DNA from: Utricularia gibba
Taxonomy: Eukaryota > Plantae > Magnoliophyta
DNA: 64,000 bases
Direction: 5' to 3'
NCBI GenBank assembly: GCA_002189035.1
Contig: NEEC01000007.1
Location: 3,534,001 to 3,598,000 of the forward strand
Part shown: in pieces, positions 1-12,720 of the stretch
Numbering within the stretch: the stretch's first letter is position 1
Layout of the letters: each line of letters starts with the position of its first letter
Notes under the pieces: generated by a model
What the model was told of the DNA's origin: nothing
The model's input: only the letters and a program-made list of their open reading frames with translations
Databases searched by the model: none
Program-made: the position numbers and the translations under genes

Positions 1-3000
1 GCCACATCGGGTCCTACTCGACGAAAATCGTGATGCAGTTATTGAAGTTAGGATGTCATGAGCACCCAAAAATGGTTTTCTCAACCGCATGCTTTATATT
101 TGAGGAGGCGCTCTCGTGGGGCAACGGTATCGAGTAGGAGGTCGAGTCGAGCTCGGGCCCATAGTCATTTGTAGCTCGGCAAAAAACTTGATGCATTAAT
201 TAACGTTGGTTTTAATAGGCCTACATTGTTTTCTCAAGGAAAAGCTTGTCGTTTTGGGCGGGTGATTTCGTTGTGAACTTCGTTCTGACCCACGTTCGGT
301 CTGACTCCTTTGCCATCGGGTCCTACTCGACGAAAATCGTGATGCAGTTATTGAAGTTAGCATGTCAGGAGCACCCAAAATGGTTTTCTCAACCGCATGC
401 TTTATATTTGATAAGGTGCTCTCGTGGGCAACGGTATCGAGCAGGAGGTCGAGTCGAGCTCGGGCCAGAGTCATTTGTAGCCCGACAAAAATATTGATGC
501 ATTTATTAACGTTCGGCTATTAGGCTGCCTACATAGTTTCTCAAGGAAAAGCTTGTCGTTTCTGCGCGGGTGATGTCGTTGGAACTTCGTTCGACCCAAG
601 GTTCGGTCTGACTCCTTTGCCACGGTCCTACTCGACGAAAATCGTGATGCAGTTATTGAAGTTAGGATGTCATGAGCACCCAAAATGGTTTTCTCAACCG
701 CATGCTTTATATTTTTGAGGAGGCGCTCTCGTGGGGCAACGGTATCGAGCAGGAGGTCGAGTCGAGCGGGGCCCATAGTCATTTGTAGCTCGGCAAAAAA
801 TTGATGCATTTATTAACGTTGGTTTTAATAGGCCGCCTACATGGTTTCTCAAGAAAAAGCTTGTCGTTTTTGGGCGGGTGATGTCGTTGTGAACTTCGTT
901 CTGACCAAGGTTCGGTCTGACTCCTTTGCCACATCGGGTCCTACTCGACGAAAATCGTGATGCAGTTATTGAAGTTAGGATGTCATGAGCACCCAAAATG
1001 GTTTTCTCAACCGCATGCTTTATATTTGAGGAGGCGCTCTCGTGGGGGCAACGGTATCGAGCAGGAGGTCGAGTCGAGCTCGGGCCCATAGTCATTTGTA
1101 GCCCGAAAAAATTGATGCATTTATTAACGTTCGGCGCTATTAGGCTGCCTACATAGTTTCTCAAGAAAAGCTTGTCGTTTCTGGCGGGTGATGTCGTTGG
1201 AACTTCGTTCGACCCAAGGTTCTGTCTGACTCCTTTGCCACATCGGGTCCTACTCGACGAAAATCGTGATGCAGTTATTGAAGTTAGGATGTCATGAGCA
1301 CCCAAAATGGTTTTCTCAACCGCATGCTTTATATTTGATAAGGGCTCTCGTGGGGCAACGGTATCGAGTAGGAGGTCGAGTCGAGCTCGGGCCCATAGTC
1401 ATTTGTAGCCGACAAAAATTGATGCATTTATTAACGTTCGGCGCTATTAGGCTGCCTACATAGTTTCTCAAGGAAAAGCTTGTCGTTTCTGCGCGGGTGA
1501 TGTCGTTGGAACTTCGTTCGGACCCAAGGTTCTGTCTGACTCCTTTGCCACATCGGGTCCTACTCGACGAAAATCGTGATGCAGTTATTGAAGTTAGGAT
1601 GTCATGAGCACCCAAAATGGTTTTCTCAACCGCATGCTTTATATTTGAGGAGGCGCTCTCGTGGGGCAACGGTATCGAGTAGGAGGTCGAGTCGAGCTCG
1701 GCCCATAGTCATTTGTAGCTCGGCAAAAAACTTGATGCATTATTAACGTTGGGTTTTAATAGAACGCCTACATTGTTTTCTCAAGGAAAAGCTTGTCGTT
1801 TTGGGGCGGTGATTTCGTTGTGAACTTCGTTCTGACCCAGTTCGGTCTGACTCCTTTGCCACATCGGGTCCTACTCGACGAAAATCGTGATGCAGTTATT
1901 GAAGTTAGGATGTCATGAGCACCCAAAATGGTTTTCTCAACCGCATGCTTTATATTTGATAAGGCTCTCGTGGGGCAACGGTATCGAGCAGGAGGTCGAG
2001 TCGAGCTCGGGCCCATAGTCATTTGTAGCTCGGCAAAAATTGATGCATTTATTAACGTTGGTTTTAATAGGCTGCCTAATGTTTCTCATGGAAAAGCTTG
2101 TCGTTTTGGGCGGGTGATGTCGTTGTGAACTTCGTTCTGACCCAAGGTTCGGTCTGACTCCTTTGCCACATCGGGTCCTACTCGACGAAAATCGTGATGC
2201 AGTTATTGAAGTTAGGATTCATGAGCACCCAAAATGGTTTTCTCAACCGCATGCTTTATATTTGAGGAGGCGCTCTCGTGGGGCAACGGTATCGAGCAGG
2301 AGGTCGAGTCGAGCTCGGCCCAGAGTCATTTGTAGCCGGCAAAAATATTGATGCATTTATTAACGTTCGGCGCTATTAGGCTGCCTACATAGTTTCTCAA
2401 GAAAAGCTTGTCGTTTCTGCGCGGGTGATGTCGTTGGGAACTTCGTTCGGACCCAAGGTTCTGTCTGACTCCTTTGCCACATCGGGTCCTACTCAACGAA
2501 AATCGTGATGCAGTTATTGAAGTTAGGATGTCATGAGCACCCAAAATGGTTTTCTCAACCGCATGCTTTATATTTGAGGAGGCGCTCTCGTGGGCAACGG
2601 TATCGAGCAGGAGGTCGAGTCGAGCTCGGGCCCATAGTCATTTGTAGCTCGGCAAAAAACTTGATGCATTTATTAACGTTGGTTTTAATAGGCCGCCTAA
2701 ATGGTTTTCTCAAGAAAAAGCTTGTCGTTTTTGGGCGGGTGATGTCGTTGTGAACTTCGTTCTGACCAAGGTTCGGTCTGACTCCTTTGCCACATCGGGT
2801 CCTACTCGACGAAATCGTGATGCAGTTATTGAAGTTAGGATGTCATGAGCACCCAAATGGTTTTCTCAACCGCATGCTTTATATTTGAGGAGGCGCTCTC
2901 GTGGGGCAACGGTATCGAGCAGGAGGTCGAGTCGAGCTCGGCCCAGAGTCATTTGTAGCCCGACAAAAAATTGATGCATTTATTAACGTTCGGCGTATTA

Positions 3001-5266
3001 GGCTGCCTACATGTTTCTCAAGAAAGCTTGTCGTTTTGCGCGGGTGATGTCGTTGGGAACTTCGTTCGACCCAAGGTTCGTCTGACTCCTTTGCCACATC
3101 GGGTCCTACTCGACGAAAATCGTGATGCAGTTATTGAAGTTAGGATGTCATGAGCACCCAAAATGGTTTTCTAAACCGCATGCTTTATATTTGAGGAGGC
3201 GCTCTCGTGGGGCAACGGTATCGAGCAGGAGGTCGAGTCGAGCTCGGGCCATAGTCATTTGTAGCTCGGCAAAAAACTTGATGCATTTATTAACGGTTGG
3301 TTTTATAGGCCGCCTAAATGGTTTTCTCAAGAAAAGCTTGTCGTTTTTGGGCGGGTGATGTCGTTGTGAACTTCGTTCTGACCAGGTTCGGTCTGACTCC
3401 TTTGCCACATCGGGTCCTACTCAACGAAAATCGTGATGCAGTTATTGAAGTTAGGATGTCATGAGCACCCAAAATGGTTTTCTCAACCGCATGCTTTATA
3501 TTTGAGGAGGCGCTCTCGTGGGGCAACGGTATCGAGCAGGAGGTCGAGTCGAGCTCGGGCCATAGTCATTTGTAGCTCGGCAAAAAAATTGATGCATTTA
3601 TTAACGTTGGTTTTAATAGGCCGCCTAAATGGTTTTCTCAAGGAAAAGCTTGTCGTTTTTGGGCGGGTGATGTCGTTGTGAACTTCGTTCTGACCCAAGG
3701 TTCGGTCTGTCACCTTTGCCAAATCTGGTCCTACTCGACGAAAATCGTGATGCAGTTATTGAAGTTAGGATTTCATGCACCCAAAATGGTTTTCTCAACC
3801 GCATGCTTTATATTTGATAAGGCACTCTCGTGGGGCAACGGTATCGAGCAGGAGGTCGAGTCGAGGCTCGGCCAGAGTCATTTGTAGCCCGACAAAAAAT
3901 TGATGCATTTATTAACGTTCGGTTATTAGGCTGCCTACATAGTTTCTTCAAGGAAAAGCTTGTCGTTTCTGCGCGGGTATGTCGTTTGGAACTTCGTTCT
4001 GACCATAGGTTCGGTCTGACTCCTTTGCCACATCGGGTCCTACTCGACGAAAATCGTGATGCAGTTATTGAAGTTAGGATGTCATGAGCACCCAAAATGG
4101 TTTTCTCAACCGCATGCTTTATATTTGAGGAGGCGCTCTCGTGGGGCAACGGTATCGAGCAGGAGGTCGAGTCGAGCTCGGGCCCAGAGTCATTTGTAGC
4201 CCGACAATTGATGCATTTATTAACGTTCGGTATTAGGCTGCCTACATAGTTTCTCAAAGAAAAAGCTTGTCGTTTCTGCGCGGGTGATGTCGTTGGGAAC
4301 TTCGTTCGGACCCAAGTTCTGTCTGACTCCTTTGCCACATCGGGTCCTACTCAACGAAAAATCGTGATGCAGTTATTGAAGTTAGGATGTCATGAGCACC
4401 CAAAATGGTTTTCTCAACCGCATGCTTTATATTTGAGGAGGCGCTCTCGTGGGGCAACGGTATCGAGCAGGAGGTCGAGTCGAGCTCGGGCCCATAGTCA
4501 TTTGTAGCTCGGCAAAAAACTTGATGCATTAATTAACGTTGGTTTTAATAGGCGCCTACATTGTTTTTCAAGGAAAAGCTTGTCGTTTTGGGGGTGATGT
4601 CGTTGTGAACTTCGTTCTGACCCAAGGTTCGGTCTGACTCCTTTGCCACATCGGTCCTACTCGACGAAAATCGTGATGCAGTTATTGAAGTTAGGATGTC
4701 ATGAGCACCCAAAATGGTTTTCTCAACCGCATGCTTTATATTTGAGGAGGCGCTCTCGTGGGCAACGGTATCGAGCAGGAGGTCGAGTCGAGCTCGGGCC
4801 CATAGTCATTTGTAGCTCGGCAAAAACTTGATGCATTTATTAACGGTTGGTTTTAATAGGCCGCCTAAATGGTTTCTCAAGGAAAAGCTTGTCGTTTTTG
4901 GCGGGTGATGTCGTTGTGAACTTCGTTCTGACCCAAGGTTCGGTCTGTCACTTTGCCAAATCTGGTCCTACTCGACGAAAATCGTGATGCAGTTATTGAA
5001 GTTAGGATGTCATGAGCACCCAAAGTGGTTTTCTCAACCGCATGCTTTATATTTGAGGAGGCGCTCTCGTGGGGCAACGGTATCGAGTAGGAGGTCGAGT
5101 CGAGCTCGGGCCATAGTCATTTGTAGCTCGGCAAAAAACTTGATGCATTTAATTAACGTTGGTTTTAATAGGCGCCTACATGTTTTCTCAAGGAAAAGCT
5201 TGTCGTTTTTGGGCGGGTGATTTCGTTGTGAACTTCGTTCTGACCCAAGTTTGGTCTGACTCCTTT

Positions 5267-7753
5267 GCCACATCGGGTCCTACTCGACGAAAATCGTGAT
5301 GCAGTTATTGAAGTTAGCATGTCAGGAGCACCCAAAATGGTTTTCTCAACCGCATGCTTTATATTTGATAAGGTGCTCTCGTGGGGCAACGGTATCGAGC
5401 AGGAGGTCGAGTCGAGCTCGGGCCCATAGTCATTTGTAGCTCGGCAAAAAATTGATGCATTTATTAACGTTGGTTTTAATAGGCTGCCTAATGGTTTTCT
5501 CAAGGAAAAGCTTGTCGTTTTTGGGCGGGTGATGTCGTTGTGAACTTCGTTCTGACCCAAGGTTCGGTCTGTCTCCTTTGCCAAATCTGGTCCTACTCGA
5601 CGAAAATCGTGATGCAGTTATTGAAGTTAGGATTTCATGAGCACCCAAAATGGTTTCTCAACGCATGCTTTATATTTGAGGAGGCTCTCGTGGGGCAACG
5701 GTATCGAGCAGGAGGTCGAGTCGAGCTCGGCCCAGAGTCATTTGTAGCCCGGCAAAAAAATTGATGCATTTATTAACGTTCGGCTTTATTAGGCTGCCTA
5801 CATAGTTTTCTCAAGGAAAAGCTTGTCGTTTCTGGGCGGGTGATGTCTTTTGGAACTTCGTTCTGACCATAGGTTCGGTCTGACTCCTTTGCCACATCGG
5901 GTCCTACTCGACGAAAATCGTGATGCAGTTATTGAAGTTAGGATATCATGAGCACCCAAAATGGTTTTCTCAACCGCATGCTTTATATTGATAAGGCACT
6001 CTCGTGGGCAACGGTATCGAGCAGGAGGTCGAGTCGAGCTCGGGCCAGAGTCATTTGTAGCCGGCAAAAAAAATTGATGCATTTATTAACGTTCGGCTTT
6101 ATTAGGCTGCCTACATAGTTTCTCAAGGAAAAGCTTGTCGTTTCTACGCGGTGATGTCGTTGGAACTTCGTTCGGACCCAAGGTTCTGTCTGACTCCTTT
6201 GCCACATCGGGTCCTACTCGACGAAAATCGTGATGCAGTTATTGAAGTTAGGATGTCATGAGCACCCAAAATGGTTTTCTCAACCGCATGCTTTATATTT
6301 GAGGAGGCGCTCTCGTGGGGCAACGGTATCGAGTAGGAGGTCGAGTCGAGCTCGGGCCCATAGTCATTTGTAGCTCGGCAAAAAACTTGATGCATTAATT
6401 AACGTTGGGTTTAATAGAACGCCTACATGTTTTCTCAAGGAAAAGCTTGTCGTTTTTGGGCGGGTGATTTCGTTGTGAACTTCGTTCTGACCCAAGTTCG
6501 GTCTGACTCCTTTGCCACATCGGGTCCTACTCGACGAAAATCGTGATGCAGTTATTGAAGTTAGCATGTCATGAGCACCCAAAATGGTTTTCTCAACCGC
6601 ATGCTTTATATTTGATAAGGTGCTCTCGTGGGGCAACGGTATCGAGTAGGAGGTCGAGTCGAGCTCGGGCCCATAGTCATTTGTAGCTCGGCAAAAAACT
6701 TGATGCATTTATTAACGTTGGTTTTAATAGGCTGCCTAAATGGTTTTCTCAAGGAAAAGCTTGTCGTTTTTGGGCGGGTGATGTCGTTGTGAACTTCGTT
6801 CTGACCCAAGGTTCGGTCTGTCTCCTTTGCCAAATCGGGTCCTACTCGAAAATCGTGATGCAGTTATTGAAGTTAGGATTCATGAGCACCCAAAATGGTT
6901 TCTCAACGCATGCTTTATATTTGAGGAGGCTCTCGTGGGGCAACGGTATCGGGCAGAGGTCGAGTCGAGCTCGGTCCCAGAGTCATTTGTAGCCCGGCAA
7001 AAAATTGATGCATTTATTAACGTTCGGCTTTATTAGGCTGCCTACATAGTTTCTCAAGGAAAAGCTTGTCGTTTCTGGGCGGGTGATGTCTTTGGAACTT
7101 CGTTCTCACCAAGGTTCGGTCTGACTCCTTTGCCACATCGGGTCCTACTCGACGAAAATCGTGATGCAGTTATTGAAGTTAGGATTCATGAGCACCCAAA
7201 TGGTTTTCTCAACCGCATGCTTTATATTTGATAAGGCCTCTCGTGGGGCAACGGTATCGAGCAGGAGGTCGAGTCGAGCTCGGGCCAAGAGTCATTTGTA
7301 GCCCGGCAAAAAAAATTGATGCATTTATTAACGTTCGGCTTTATTAGGCTGCCTACATAGTTTCTCAAGGAAAAGCTTGTCGTTTCTGCGGGTGATGTCG
7401 TTGGAACTTCGTTCGACCCAAGGTTCTGTCTGACTCCTTTGCCACATCGGGTCCTACTCGACGAAAATCGTGATGCAGTTATTGAAGTTAGGATGTCATG
7501 AGCACCCAAAATGGTTTTCTCAACCGCATGCTTTATATTTGAGGAGGCGCTCTCGTGGGGCAACGGTATCGAGCAGGAGGTCGAGTCGAGCTCGGGCCCA
7601 TAGTCATTTGTAGCTCGGCAAAAAACTTGATGCATTAATTAACGTTGGGTTTTAATAGAACCCTCATTGTTTTCTCAAGGAAAAGCTTGTCGTTTTTGGC
7701 GGGTGATTTCGTTGTGAACTTCGTTCTGACCCAAGGTTCGGTCTGTCACCTTT
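5267..7753. repeat. Local 4-mer higher-order repeat (Y-W-Z'-V), 2 copies, ~1.24-kb period
   Basis: ttagCatgtc at 5318 and 6565 (1247 apart). The subtype order repeats every 4 monomers. Confidence 0.7.
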
Positions 7754-10700
7754 GCCAAATCGGTCCTACTCGACGAAAATCGTGATGCAGTTATTGAAGT
7801 TAGGATTTCATGAGCACCCAAAATGGTTTTCTCAACCGCATGCTTTATATTTGAGGAGGCGCTCTCGTGGGGCAACGGTATCGAGCAGGAGGTCGAGTCG
7901 AGCTCGGCCCAGAGTCATTTGTAGCCCGACAAAAATATTGATGCATTTATTAACGTTCGGCTCTATTAGGCTGCCTACATAGTTTCTCAAGAAAAGCTTG
8001 TCGTTTCTGCGCGGGTGATGTCGTTGGGAATTTCGTTCGGACCCAAGGTTCTGTCTGACTCCTTTGCCATCGGGTCCTACTCGACGAAAATCGTGATGCA
8101 GTTATTGAAGTTAGGATGTCATGAGCACCCAAAATGGTTTTCTCAACCGCATGCTTTATATTTGAGGAGGCGCTCTCGTGGGGCAACGGTATCGAGCAGG
8201 AGGTCGAGTCGAGCTCGGGCCCATAGTCATTTGTAGCTCGGCAAAAAACTTGATGCATTAATTAACGTTGGGTTTTAATAGAACGCCTACATTGTTTTCT
8301 CAAGGAAAAGCTTGTCGTTTTTGGGCGGGTGATTTCGTTGTGAACTTCGTTCTGACCCAACGTTCGGTCTGACTCTTTGCCACATCGGGTCCTACTCGAC
8401 GAAAATCGTGATGCAGTTATTGAAGTTAGCATGTCAGAGCACCCAAAATGGTTTTCTCAACCGCATGCTTTATATTGATAAGGTGCTCTCGTGGGGCAAC
8501 GGTATCGAGTAGGAGGTCGAGTCGAGCTCGGGCCCATAGTCATTTGTAGCTCGGCAAAAAACTTGATGCATTTATTAACGTTGGTTTAATAGGCTGCCTA
8601 AATGTTTTTCTCAAGGAAAAGCTTGTCGTTTTTGGGCGGGTGATGTCGTTGTGAACTTCGTTCTGACCCAAGGTTCGGTCTGTCTCCTTTGCCAAATCTG
8701 GTCCTACTCGACGAAAATCGTGATGCAGTTATTGAAGTTAGGATTTCATGAGCACCCAAAATGGTTTTCTCAACGCATGCTTTATATTGAGGAGGCGCTC
8801 TCGTGGGGCAACGGTATCGCAAAGGTCGAGTCGAGCTCGGCCCAGAGTCATTTTTAGCCGTCAAAAAATGATGCATTTATTAACGTTGGGTTTTAATAGG
8901 CTGCCTACATGGTTTCTCAAGGAAAAGCTTGTCGTTTCTGGGCGGGTGATGTCTTTTGGAACTTCGTTCTGACCCAAGGTTCGGTCTGACTCCTTTGCCA
9001 CATCGGGTCCTACTCGACGAAAATCGTGATGCAGTTATTGAAGTTAGGATGTCATGAGCACCCAAAATGGTTTTCTCAACCGCATGCTTTATATTTGAGG
9101 AGGCGCTCTCGTGGGGCAACGGTATCGAGCAGGAGGTCGAGTCGAGCTCGGGCCCATAGTCATTTGTAGCTCGGCAAAAAACTTGATGCATTTATTAACG
9201 TTGGTTTTAATAGGCTGCCTAAATGGTTTCTCATGAAAAAGCTTGTCGTTTTTGGCGGGTGATGTCGTTGTGAACTTCGTTCTGACCCAAGGTTCGGTCT
9301 GTCTCCTTTGCCAAATCGGTCCTACTCGACGAAAATCGTGATGCAGTTATTGAAGTTAGGATGTCATGAGCACCCAAAATGGTTTTCTCAACCGCATGCT
9401 TTATATTTGATAAGGCGCTCTCGTGGGGCAACGGTATCGAGTAGGAGGTCGAGTCGAGCTCGGGCCCATAGTCATTTGTAGCTCGGCAAAAAACTTGATG
9501 CATTTATTAACGTTGGTTTTAATAGGCTGCCTAAATGGTTTTCTCAAGGAAAAGCTTGTCGTTTTTGGCGGGTGATGTCGTTGTGAACTTCGTTCTGACC
9601 AAGGTTCGGTCTGTCTCCTTTGCCAAATCGGTCCTACTCGACGAAAATCGTGATGCAGTTATTGAAGTTAGGATTTCATGAGCACCCAAAATGGTTTTCT
9701 CAACGCATGCTTTATATTGAGGAGGCGCTCTCGTGGGGCAACGGTATCGAGCAAAGGTCGAGTCGGGCTCGCTCCCAGCATTTTTTAGCCTGGCAAAAAA
9801 ATGATGCATTTATTAACGTTGGGTTTTAATAGGCTGCCTACATGGTTTCTCAAGGAAAAGCTTGTCGTTTCTGGGCGGGTGATGTCTTTGGAACTTCGTT
9901 CTGACCAAGGTTCGGTCTGACTCCTTTGCCACATCGGGTCCTACTCGACGAAAATCGTGATGCAGTTATTGAAGTTAGGATGTCATGAGCACCCAAATGG
10001 TTTTCTCAACCGCATGCTTTATATTTGAGGAGGCGCTCTCGTGGGGCAACGGTATCGAGCAGGAGGTCGAGTCGAGCTCGGGCCCAGAGTCATTTGTAGC
10101 CCGACAAAAAATTGATGCATTTATTAACGTTCGGCGCTATTAGGCTGCCTACATAGTTTCTCAAGGAAAAGCTTGTCGTTTCTGGGCGGGTGATGTCGTT
10201 GGGAACTTCGTTCGGACCCAAGGTTCTGTCTGACTCCTTTGCCACATCGGGTCCTACTCGACGAAAATCGTGATGCAGTTATTGAAGTTAGGATGTCATG
10301 AGCACCCAAAATGGTTTTCTCAACCGCATGCTTTATATTTGAGGAGGCGCTCTCGTGGGGCAACGGTATCGAGTAGGAGGTCGAGTCGAGCTCGGGCCCA
10401 TAGTCATTTGTAGCTCGGCAAAAAACTTGATGCATTAATTAACGTTGGGTTTTAATAGAACGCCTACATGTTTTCTCAAGGAAAAGCTTGTCGTTTGGCG
10501 GGTGATGTCGTTGGGAACTTCGTTCGGACCCAAGGTTCTGTCTGACTCCTTTGCCACATCGGGTCCTACTCGACGAAAATCGTGATGCAGTTATTGAAGT
10601 TAGGATGTCATGAGCACCCAAAATGGTTTTCTCACCGCATGCTTTATATTTGAGGAGGCGCTCTCGTGGGCAACGGTATCGAGCAGGAGGTCGAGTCGAG

Positions 10701-12720
10701 CTCGGGCCCATAGTCATTTGTAGCTCGGCAAAAAACTTGATGCATTAATTAACGTTGGGTTTTAATAGGCGCCTACATTGTTTTCTCAAGGAAAAGCTTG
10801 TCGTTTCTGGCGGGTGATGTCGTTGGGAACTTCGTTCGGACCCAAGGTTCTGTCTGACTCCTTTGCCACATCGGGTCCTACTCGACGAAAATCGTGATGC
10901 AGTTATTGAAGTTAGGATGTCATGAGCACCCAAAATGGTTTTCTCAACCGCATGCTTTATATTTGAGGAGGCGCTCTCGTGGGGCAACGGTATCGAGCAG
11001 GAGGTCGAGTCGAGCTCGGGCCCATAGTCATTTGTAGCTCGGCAAAAAACTTGATGCATTTATTAACGTTGGTTTAATAGGCGCCTAAATGGTTTTCTCA
11101 AGGAAAAGCTTGTCGTTTTTGGGCGGGTGATGTCGTTGTGAACTTCGTTCTGACCCAAGGTTCGGTCTGTCACCTTTGCCAAATCGGTCCTACTCGACGA
11201 AAATCGTGATGCAGTTATTGAAGTTAGGATTTCATGAGCACCCAAAATGGTTTTCTCAACCGCATGCTTTATATTTGAGGAGGCGCTCTCGTGGGGCAAC
11301 GGTATCGAGCAGGAGGTCGAGTCGAGCTCGGGCCCATAGTCATTTGTAGCTCGGCAAAAAACTTGATGCATTTATTAACGTTGGTTTTAATAGGCCGCCT
11401 AATGGTTTTCTCAGAAAAAGCTTGTCGTTTTTGGCGGGTGATGTCGTTGTGAACTTCGTTCTGACCCAAGGTTCGGTCTGTCTCCTTTGCCAATCGGTCC
11501 TACTCGACGAAAATCGTGATGCAGTTATTGAAGTTAGGATATCATGAGCACCCAAAATGGTTTTCTCAACCGCATGCTTTATATTTGATAAGGCGCTCTC
11601 GTGGGGCAACGGTATCGAGCAGGAGGTCGAGTCGAGCTCGGCCCAGAGTCATTTGTAGCCCGACAAAAATATTGATGCATTTATTAACGTTAATAGGCTG
11701 CCTACATAGTTTCTCAAGAAAAGCTTGTCGTTTCTGGCGGGTGATGTCGTTGGGAACTTCGTTCGGACCCAAGGTTCTGTCTGACTCCTTTGCCACATCG
11801 GGTCCTACTCGACGAAAATCGTGATGCAGTTATTGAAGTTAGGATGTCATGAGCACCCAAAATGGTTTTCTCAACCGCATGCTTTATATTTGAGGAGGCG
11901 CTCTCGTGGGGCAACGGTATCGAGCAGGAGGTCGAGTCGAGCTCGGGCCCATAGTCATTTGTAGCTCGGCAAAAAACTTGATGCATTTATTAACGTTGGT
12001 TTTAATAGGCGCCTAAATGGTTTTCTCAAGGAAAAGCTTGTCGTTTTTGGGCGGGTGATGTCGTTGTGAACTTCGTTCTGACCCAAGGTTCGGTCTGTCT
12101 CCTTTGCCAAATCGGTCCTACTCGACGAAAATCGTGATGCAGTTATTGAAGTTAGGATTTCATGAGCACCCAAAATGCTTTTCTCAACGCATGCTTTATA
12201 TTGAGGAGGCGCTCTAGTGGGGCAACGGTATCGGCAAAGGTCGAGTCGGGCTCGCCCAGAGTTTTTAGCCTGTCAAAAAAATGATGCATTTATTAACGTT
12301 GGGTTTTAATAGGCTGCCTACATGGTTTCTCAAGGAAAAGCTTGTCGTTTCTGGCGGGTGATGTCTTTTGGAACTTCGTTCTGACCATAGGTTCGGTCTG
12401 ACTCCTTTGCCACATCGGGTCCTACTCGACGAAAATCGTGATGCAGTTATTGAAGTTAGGATGTCATGAGCACCCAAAGTGGTTTTCTCAACCGCATGCT
12501 TTATATTTGAGGAGGCGCTCTCGTGGGGCAACGGTATCGAGTAGGAGGTCGAGTCGAGCTCGGGCCCATAGTCATTTGTAGCTCGGCAAAAAACTTGATG
12601 CATTAATTAACGTTGGGTTTTAATAGGCGCCTACATTGTTTTCTCAAGGAAAAGCTTGTCGTTTGGGCGGGTGATTTCGTTGTGAACTTCGTTCTGACCC
12701 AAGTTTGGTCTGACTCCTTT

